Made by a program: the position numbers and the translations under genes. 64,000 nucleotides of DNA from Candidatus Poribacteria bacterium (lineage in GTDB: Bacteria > Poribacteria > WGA-4E > WGA-3G): assembly GCA_965214095.1 (NCBI GenBank), contig OZ243938.1, positions 2,240,001 to 2,304,000 of the forward strand, in the 5' to 3' direction. Below the pieces are notes generated by a model. It worked only from the letters and a program-made list of their open reading frames with translations, did not search any database and had not been told where the DNA came from. This document shows, in pieces, positions 57,269 through 64,000 of this stretch (position 1 is the first letter of the stretch; each line of letters opens with the position of its first letter).

Positions 57269-59221
57269 TCAAAACAAAAACCGATACATAGGCGTATTCG
57301 TTGTAATCCCAATAAGACTCCACACACCGCCAACAATAAACTCTCCCAGAATCAACCCAAGAAAAAATGGAATAAATTTACGATGCAGATTCATCCCACC
57401 TTGCCTCAAAATAATCCACTTGATAACGGAACTGACAAAGATTGAGAACCAGAACACATTCATAGACCAACTGCTCGAAATCGCAAACCCCGCGGGATGA
57501 AAGGGCCACCAAAACAGACGTATTCGCATAAGCATCAAGAATCCTGTTATCAGAAAACCGACACACATGGCAACAATTGCAGGAACGTCTGGCACTTTGG
57601 GAGAAGTCAACCAACCCTGAAGGCGATTGAACGGTCTTCCAGCAAACCAATCCCGTGCACCTTCAATGTATGAGATATGGTAAAATGCCCAAAATGAACC
57701 GAATGTACCGACAACTATTGCCACACACATGGCAATGAGAAGTCCGCGATTGGAAATTCGTGTCCGTTCAGCAAGCTTAAAACCTTCCAGGATATGTGGC
57801 ATTGGATGACCACGATAAGCACGATTGAATGAGAACAGATACGCCAACATCGTCAGGTTTTGCGGTCCAAGTAGACGTGTCCCGAAGATACGAGGCATCA
57901 TCTCATCCGGTCCGATGAAATGCAAATCATGCACAGGTGAACCGAGTTCAGCACGCATGCGGGTTACAGCAGTAGAAATCGCATAGTATATGCCAAAGAA
58001 AACTACAATTGCCCAGATTGACATACCCGCAGCATTGCAAAAGATTGCGATAAACAATAGACTGCCGATAAGACAAAGGATCATACCGCGATAGGACATC
58101 GGTTCATCAGAATCGACACCTACCCGCGGTCTAAAAACCTTGCGTGCCACTTGTGCAAGGTGTTTTCGCGTAGCAACAACAGCAATCACAAACAGACCGA
58201 TATACGCGCCAAACGACTGCTCATCGGTGAACGGAAAATTCGGCATCCCTCTAATACCCAACGCATCACCAAAAATCCGTTCCACCTTCCAAAACAGATA
58301 AAAGAACCAGCAGGAAAACGACAGATCCAACGGAATAAAGAACGCCATCCCAACAGCAAACGGAAATACTGCGACTGGTGTCCATCCCACTGCACTCCAC
58401 GGTTTCTGTGTAAAAAATGGACGTAAATCATACAGACGACCACCCAAACTCGGTACATTCGGAAAAAGAAAGTGCAACCCGTTCAGAATATCAATCGCAC
58501 CCGCAATCCCAAAACCAAGCCACATCATCTTATTTGTCAGCAGTTTTGTTCTGCCGACATTCGTAAGCTCAAGAGGAAGTTGAATAATCGGATAACTCAG
58601 TTTTTCATGTTCTGTCCACTGCTTACGAACAAGCGTATTGATGAAAACCATGACGAACACAAGCGCGCACAAAAAACCACCCCAAGTTAACGTGGTAGTC
58701 AGCCATCCTTCAATGATTTCCCATTGATATAAACTGGTTTCTCCACGATAGTACTCCGTTAGAAATGTCTTATCTTTAACTGCAATCCAATCAGGGATAT
58801 ACCGATGAAATAGATGTGTCCAATCGTTCTCTGGTGTAGCATACCAGAATGCGTACGGAATCATCGGTATTAAGACGCGGAGAACATCGTGTCCTGCCAA
58901 GGAAGAGGCAATCGCGAGCATGACATAGATAGTCAGCAATTCACCTTGTTCAAAGGCAATTCGTGGAAGCACCTGTTTCAATACCAAATTCGCACCTGTA
59001 AGAACAAAGATGCAGAAAATGACATTAAAATAGAGCGAAATCGTGGTTGGATACCCTTGTCCTGCGGAATCTAAAATCCAATAGACATTGGGTATAGTGA
59101 GCGCGGTGCCGATTAAGATCGCACGCCATGTCGCACCAAAGCGACGGGGATTCTTGCCTGTTAAATCGCGATGTCTTCGTCCATCATCGCTTCCTGATTG
59201 ATGTGAGGTAGTAGGTCTCAA
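57269..59221 (-). CDS. Large polytopic membrane protein, putative transporter (DUF6785/DUF6784-like), paralog 3
   Basis: ATPENDW, RKQW.EHEKL.YP, DLSFSCWFF, RMRAELG.P.HDL, HPMPH.LE, WPFHP.GF, GLILGE. Confidence 0.75.
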   Translation of the reverse strand: MRPTTSHQSGSDDGRRHRDLTGKNPRRFGATWRAILIGTALTIPNVYWILDSAGQGYPTTISLYFNVIFCIFVLTGANLVLKQVLPRIAFEQGELLTIYVMLAIASSLAGHDVLRVLIPMIPYAFWYATPENDWTHLFHRYIPDWIAVKDKTFLTEYYRGETSLYQWEIIEGWLTTTLTWGGFLCALVFVMVFINTLVRKQWTEHEKLSYPIIQLPLELTNVGRTKLLTNKMMWLGFGIAGAIDILNGLHFLFPNVPSLGGRLYDLRPFFTQKPWSAVGWTPVAVFPFAVGMAFFIPLDLSFSCWFFYLFWKVERIFGDALGIRGMPNFPFTDEQSFGAYIGLFVIAVVATRKHLAQVARKVFRPRVGVDSDEPMSYRGMILCLIGSLLFIAIFCNAAGMSIWAIVVFFGIYYAISTAVTRMRAELGSPVHDLHFIGPDEMMPRIFGTRLLGPQNLTMLAYLFSFNRAYRGHPMPHILEGFKLAERTRISNRGLLIAMCVAIVVGTFGSFWAFYHISYIEGARDWFAGRPFNRLQGWLTSPKVPDVPAIVAMCVGFLITGFLMLMRIRLFWWPFHPAGFAISSSWSMNVFWFSIFVSSVIKWIILRQGGMNLHRKFIPFFLGLILGEFIVGGVWSLIGITTNTPMYRFLF

Positions 59222-59372
59222 AATTGATTACGAACTTTCCGCGTTGTCATCCTGTAATCCAAAGCGTTGGTAATGTCTAAATTTTCTTGAGTTTTTCAGT
59301 AAAACCTTGTATACTTAACAATCAAAACTTCTCAAATTGTCCAAAGTGTTACTTATATTTTTTTGAATAAAG

Positions 59373-60218
59373 GTGAAAAAAATGGAAACAATGAACGATT
59401 TGTCTGAGGCGGTAGTCCTTTCGTCAGAACAAAAGCAGTTTGTTGATAACAACGGATATCTCTTAATAAAAAACGCATTACCCCCAGATGTCGTAGCAGA
59501 AATTGATGCTGCCGTTGATGAAGTTTACGCGAAACAAGAGGAAGCAGGCAATCTGGAAGGTGGAGGTAAGTTGAATCTTCGCAATTGCATTACACATCAT
59601 GAGGCATTTCTCCAACTTCTCGACTGGCAGAAGACTTTTCCTTATGCATGCGGCGTTCTGAATTGGAATATACAGATGATTACGTCACATCTGATTGTGC
59701 TACCTTCAAAAGAGGAACCACCCGATGATGTTAAAACCAAAATTGGACTTCATCGTGATGGTGGAACGTCATATCGTGAAATGCAGGAACCGCATCCGCG
59801 TATTCTGCTTAAAATTGCTTATGCAATTAGCGATCAGAGTGATCCTGCTTCAGGTGCAACGGTGTTAGTGCCAGGAAGCAACAGGTTGACTGGAATGCCA
59901 GCAAGAGACCCAGAAACAGGATGGGCACGTGGCGCAATTTCTATGAACGTCAATGCCGGCGATGCATTCCTCTTTGAACAACGGACATATCATGGTATCG
60001 GACATAACTGGTCTGGACTTCCGCGCAAAACTATCTTTATGGGATACGCATACCGTTGGGTCAAACCGATGGATTATATCATGATGCCTGATAAATTAGT
60101 TGACAGATGCAATCCAATACAAAAGCAACTCCTCGGTGTTGTTGATGATGCATTGAGTTTCTATATCCCACAAGATAAGGATGTCCCGTTGAAATCCATC
60201 ATGAATGGTGGCAAATAA
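59373..60218 (+). CDS. Phytanoyl-CoA dioxygenase (PhyH) family Fe(II)/2OG oxygenase
   Basis: NGYL.IKNAL, LHRDG, GAT.LVPGS, AGDA.LF...TYHG...N.S..PR. Confidence 0.88.
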   Translation: MKKMETMNDLSEAVVLSSEQKQFVDNNGYLLIKNALPPDVVAEIDAAVDEVYAKQEEAGNLEGGGKLNLRNCITHHEAFLQLLDWQKTFPYACGVLNWNIQMITSHLIVLPSKEEPPDDVKTKIGLHRDGGTSYREMQEPHPRILLKIAYAISDQSDPASGATVLVPGSNRLTGMPARDPETGWARGAISMNVNAGDAFLFEQRTYHGIGHNWSGLPRKTIFMGYAYRWVKPMDYIMMPDKLVDRCNPIQKQLLGVVDDALSFYIPQDKDVPLKSIMNGGK

Positions 60219-60250
60219 GATTTAGCGCATCGGCAACGGAGACACTTCGG

Positions 60251-61165
60251 TTACTTTATCTCTGACTTAAGTGATAGACTGTGTTCCAACAAAGCGCGGG
60301 CATAGGGAATGTTGTGCAGTCCGTAGCCACTGTCTCCTTTTACCATATCATAGTTCAATTTAGCATCAATATACGCCTGAGAGGTTTTATCCTCAGCGTT
60401 GTCAAGTATTGCTTTGACCTCCTTCATTTTTGCTTCAATTTCTGCTTGATATACAGGGAGCTTCTTCGCCATATCGTTGTCAACAGTATCATGACATCCT
60501 GCACTGCTGCAGGTTGAGAAGTCCGCCTTGAAGGTATGACCACCATGTTTTTCCTCTATCTTCTCGTCATCTGTTGCCGTTTCAATCTTTGCCATGTGGC
60601 AGTGGACACAACGTTTTTTCATGGCACGCACATGGGGTGATGGCATACGCCTAACACCAGCACCTTCGCGTCCCAAAAACATCTCTGATTGTGATTGATG
60701 TACTATACCAGCACCAGCACAACCGCAGTCCATTTTGTGACAAGTGACACACAATTTCTTTGCTGGCATCACTAATAAATGTTCTTCTTGGCTGCTGTGT
60801 GAATGGCAGGATGAACAAGCGACAGCATTAACCGCTGTCTTTTCGTTATACGGGTGTCCGGGTATGGCATATTCTGCGAAGGTTTCATAACCCGATGAGT
60901 GGCAGCTCAGACATGACGGCTTTACCTCATACGGTCCTTCAAGAAGATTAACAAGAGCATGTGAATGTCCAGCCTGTGTCCATTCTGCGTAAGCGGATTC
61001 ATCCCCGTGACATTTGTTGCAACCTTCTGCAAATGGTGTTTTGGTCTGTTCTGTTGTGTCCTGTTGTGTTTCCTCAGTCTCAGCTTGTATAGTCGTCATT
61101 AATATTACAACAAATGAACCCATCAATAGAGATAGCACAAAAAATAAGAATGTTTGTTTCATCAA
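60251..61165 (-). CDS. Periplasmic multiheme c-type cytochrome (5 CxxCH + 1 CxxxxCH)
   Basis: Signal/TM anchor; CNKCH, CLSCH, CSSCH, CVTCH, CVHCH, CSSAGCH; C-terminal helical D.GYG.HN..YA..LL. Confidence 0.85.
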   Translation of the reverse strand: MMKQTFLFFVLSLLMGSFVVILMTTIQAETEETQQDTTEQTKTPFAEGCNKCHGDESAYAEWTQAGHSHALVNLLEGPYEVKPSCLSCHSSGYETFAEYAIPGHPYNEKTAVNAVACSSCHSHSSQEEHLLVMPAKKLCVTCHKMDCGCAGAGIVHQSQSEMFLGREGAGVRRMPSPHVRAMKKRCVHCHMAKIETATDDEKIEEKHGGHTFKADFSTCSSAGCHDTVDNDMAKKLPVYQAEIEAKMKEVKAILDNAEDKTSQAYIDAKLNYDMVKGDSGYGLHNIPYARALLEHSLSLKSEIK

Positions 61166-61306
61166 CTCTACAATGTCCTTGAATTATTTTCTTAAATAGT
61201 CTATATTGATTTTCATTTAAGATATGTCATTTTTCAAATTTTGTCAATCAAAAGTTTGCGTAATTGATTGCACTAACTAACATGTATACAAAGGTGGTAT
61301 TAATTT

Positions 61307-61966
61307 ATGTCTCAAATTGCTTTATTTAATGGTAAAAACTTGGATGATTGGCACGCCAGAGGCGGTGCATCAGAACATGCATGGTCTGCTATCGGTGATG
61401 TCGCGCTCAATCCAGATGATCGTAAGTTGTTGACAGCAACTCCCGGCGAAGGCATCTTTTACAACGGTCCCACAGGACGAACCGCTGATCTCTACACAGA
61501 ATATGAACATGGAGATTGTGAACTACACGTAGAATTCATGGTGCCACAAGGTTCAAACTCCGGTGTTTATGTGATGGGTCGGTATGAAATTCAAATATTG
61601 GATAGTTGGGGTGCAACAGAACTCAACTACGGCACATGCGGAGGTGTCTATTGTCGTTGGATTGACAACAAACCTGTTGACGGTGTGCCACCCCGTGTCA
61701 ATGCAAGCAAACCACCCGGTGAATGGCAAACTTACGATATTACATTCCGTGCACCGAAATTTGATGCTAACAATAACAAGACGGCAAATGCTACCTTTGT
61801 CAAAGTCGTATGGAATGGACAGGTAGTTCATGAAGACGTGGAAGTAGTTGGAGTAACACGCGGTGCAATGTTAACTGAAGAAGCCGCTACGGGTCCTTTA
61901 CTGCTGCAAGGAGATCACGGTCCAGTAGCATACCGCAATGTCGTCTTGACACCTATTGACAACTAA
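61307..61966 (+). CDS. DUF1080 / 3-keto-disaccharide hydrolase family protein
   Basis: LFNGKNL..W, LH.EF..P..SNSGVY..G.YEIQI.DS, PGEWQTYDI.F, LQGDHG.V.YRN. Confidence 0.88.
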   Translation: MSQIALFNGKNLDDWHARGGASEHAWSAIGDVALNPDDRKLLTATPGEGIFYNGPTGRTADLYTEYEHGDCELHVEFMVPQGSNSGVYVMGRYEIQILDSWGATELNYGTCGGVYCRWIDNKPVDGVPPRVNASKPPGEWQTYDITFRAPKFDANNNKTANATFVKVVWNGQVVHEDVEVVGVTRGAMLTEEAATGPLLLQGDHGPVAYRNVVLTPIDN

Positions 61967-61976
61967 TTTGAAGCTT

Positions 61977-62002
61977 AAGGTTCGGTTACCTAACCGAACC
62001 TT
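61977..62002. repeat. REP-family hairpin (probable terminator after DUF1080 gene)
   Basis: AAGGTTCGGTTA-CC-TAACCGAACCTT; same core as REPs at 15466 and 36113. Confidence 0.65.
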
Positions 62003-62104
62003 TCCTAAAATCAATAAATAACATCCCAAAATATAAAGAATTTAATAAATCTGATCTTCTTTTCAACAACATATAAAATACACAAACTAAAACGAGACAG
62101 ATCT

Positions 62105-64000
62105 GTGAAATATCTCCGTTTATTTATTACCATTATTATGTTCTCAACCTTCCTGTTTCCCAGTTTTGCTCAGGAAGAAGCACCCGAAGAATATATTGTC
62201 AAAATTGTCTATTTCCTTCCAAATGACCGAACAACACGTGAAGACATAGATGAGAAAATTGAGAAAATGGTATTACGTGTTCAGAACTTTTATGCCGACC
62301 AACTGGAAAACTACGGACACGGAAGAAAAACCTTTAGAATTGAAACCGATGAAAATGGAAAGGTAGTAATACATCATGTCATCGGAAGGAAAATTGCTGA
62401 AGAATATAAAAAGAAACCTGCAAGTTGTTTTGGTGAATTTGCAAATAGAATCCAAACCCGTAATACTATATTACTTGTCTTTCTGGATCATGGCAGTGGA
62501 ACGATAGGGAAGGCATGCGGGGTGGCTTATACAGGAAGACGCACACTCATTCCTGCCTCCGGTGGTTGTTTTAATTGGAGAACAGTCGCCCATGAAATCG
62601 GACACAACTTTGTCTTGCCACATGATTTCCGAGATGGTAGGTATATCATGTCTTATGGACCAGGTCCGCAAGACATGATTTCGGAATGTGCAGCAGAGTT
62701 GTTAGCACTCAATCCCTACTTCAACGGAGGCAGACTTGGGATAGAACAAGGTTCAAAGGTTGAGGTGTTTTCAACTATCGTGTATCCACCAGATAATACG
62801 CATGCCTTTTTTGAGGTGACAGACCGAGATGGACTCAATCAGATATTTTTCTTACACGGTCCTACATTAATGCACAGTTGCCACTCCATATCTGGCAATC
62901 GAGCAATCGTCTACATTGATACTGCAACAATAAGGGATAGGGTGGTAATTGTTCGAACTGTGGATGTTAATGGCAACACAAGATATCCAGGCAAGTTTCC
63001 AATTCCTGACATTGAGCCATCTATCGTAATAGACATTTCTCCACAACGATTAGATATAGATAATGGGTTAATCGGTTATTGGACGTTTGATGAAGCAAAT
63101 GGACAATATGCATTTGATGCAAGCGGAAACGGCAACTACGCACGCCACGGGAGAGGGACATCAATAGAATTTAACGGCGGTAAAATTGGGAGTGCGCTGT
63201 TATTTGATAGTAAAAAGGAAGATGCCATTGTCAAGAACGGTGGTGACTTAATCAATGGATTGACTGATTTTACGCTAAGCCTTTGGGTGAAAGCTTCTAA
63301 AGTCAATAGCGAAAGAGGATTTATTTTTTACAGATCACCTAACGACAAAGATCAGGTTTTTGCAATGCGTTACGACGCGAAAGGCTTCAAAGGTGGTGGA
63401 AAGAATGTTATTAAAGCGGCTATTACCACAACAGGTGGCACTCAGATTTATGAGAGTGCAAGCAACATGCAAACAACTGAGTGGCAACACCTTGCATTGA
63501 CATGGCAAACGGGTAGCAAACTGAAACTACACATCAACGGAGTGCTTGATCAACCAACATTTAACAGTGATGCAACAGAAGGTGAAATTACTGGTGTTGA
63601 AAGATTGATAATCGGCAGAGGTAGTAAAGATATAAACAATTCCTGGAATGGTCTCGTTGACGATGTACGCATATACAATAGAGCTTTGAGTGCAAATGAA
63701 ATCGCTAATTTACCCTTCGTTATAAATAAGGTAGAGCACTTTCACGGTGTCGCTTTAGCAAGTGTTGCCAATTTTACTACTCAGACAGTTGATGCTGGAA
63801 AAGGGATTGAATATAGTTTTAGCGTCACTAACACAGGAAACGTCAATGACACGTTCAATTTAACAACATCAGGTAATGTTACCACTACATTGAGCGAATC
63901 ATCAATATCACTTCCCCCTGGAAAATCTTCTGTTGTATCAATCACAGTTCCAGATAATGCAGCTATTGCAGGTGATTACACTGCTGAAATTACTGCTACA
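62105..64000 (+). CDS. Secreted metzincin-type zinc metalloprotease + LamG domain protein (3' end beyond window)
   Basis: Not in ORF track. From GTG 62105: signal peptide MKYLRLFITIIMFSTFLFPSFAQ, IVYFLPND, HEIGHNFVLPH at 62591, Met-turn YIMSY, then LIGYWTFDE..G..AFDASGNG, WQHLALTW, LYING, DDVRIYNRAL. Confidence 0.85.
   Translation, partial: MKYLRLFITIIMFSTFLFPSFAQEEAPEEYIVKIVYFLPNDRTTREDIDEKIEKMVLRVQNFYADQLENYGHGRKTFRIETDENGKVVIHHVIGRKIAEEYKKKPASCFGEFANRIQTRNTILLVFLDHGSGTIGKACGVAYTGRRTLIPASGGCFNWRTVAHEIGHNFVLPHDFRDGRYIMSYGPGPQDMISECAAELLALNPYFNGGRLGIEQGSKVEVFSTIVYPPDNTHAFFEVTDRDGLNQIFFLHGPTLMHSCHSISGNRAIVYIDTATIRDRVVIVRTVDVNGNTRYPGKFPIPDIEPSIVIDISPQRLDIDNGLIGYWTFDEANGQYAFDASGNGNYARHGRGTSIEFNGGKIGSALLFDSKKEDAIVKNGGDLINGLTDFTLSLWVKASKVNSERGFIFYRSPNDKDQVFAMRYDAKGFKGGGKNVIKAAITTTGGTQIYESASNMQTTEWQHLALTWQTGSKLKLHINGVLDQPTFNSDATEGEITGVERLIIGRGSKDINNSWNGLVDDVRIYNRALSANEIANLPFVINKVEHFHGVALASVANFTTQTVDAGKGIEYSFSVTNTGNVNDTFNLTTSGNVTTTLSESSISLPPGKSSVVSITVPDNAAIAGDYTAEITAT

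Overview
Gene-dense, moderately AT-rich bacterial chromosomal window. It is probably from Candidatus Poribacteria or a relative; this is inferred from the LamG protein ending in VDPKGKLATSWARIK, the expanded sulfatase, PhyH and large membrane-protein families, and an ECF sigma factor fused to a beta-propeller. Housekeeping genes: recO, corC-like, ybeY, phoH, pyrD, pyrB, rpsB-tsf-frr-cdsA-dxr-rseP-UDG-priA, aspartate aminotransferase, DnaJ-class chaperone, mtnK, asd, hup, secDF, apt, tRNA-Pro(CGG) and tRNA-Arg(CCT). Accessory genes: two sulfatases, two PhyH dioxygenases, three paralogous ~640-aa polytopic membrane proteins, two C-type lectin proteins, a polyol catabolic cluster, a multiheme cytochrome and a secreted metzincin-LamG protein. 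The most notable items are: (1) a ~445-nt ORF-less, heavily base-paired region between asd and hup that ends in a TnpB omega-RNA/IS605 right-end-like module with an insertion complementary to its own flank; (2) a complete TnpA-less IS608-like element (7166-8560) encoding a TnpB with a rearranged RuvC site; (3) two tandem YaaA/DUF6884-like paralogs followed by a sigma-54 activator without a sensor domain, directly behind secDF; (4) TATAGT-bounded MITE-like elements carrying GTAG-REP hairpins. All family assignments come from visual motif recognition; no database search or folding computation was run.
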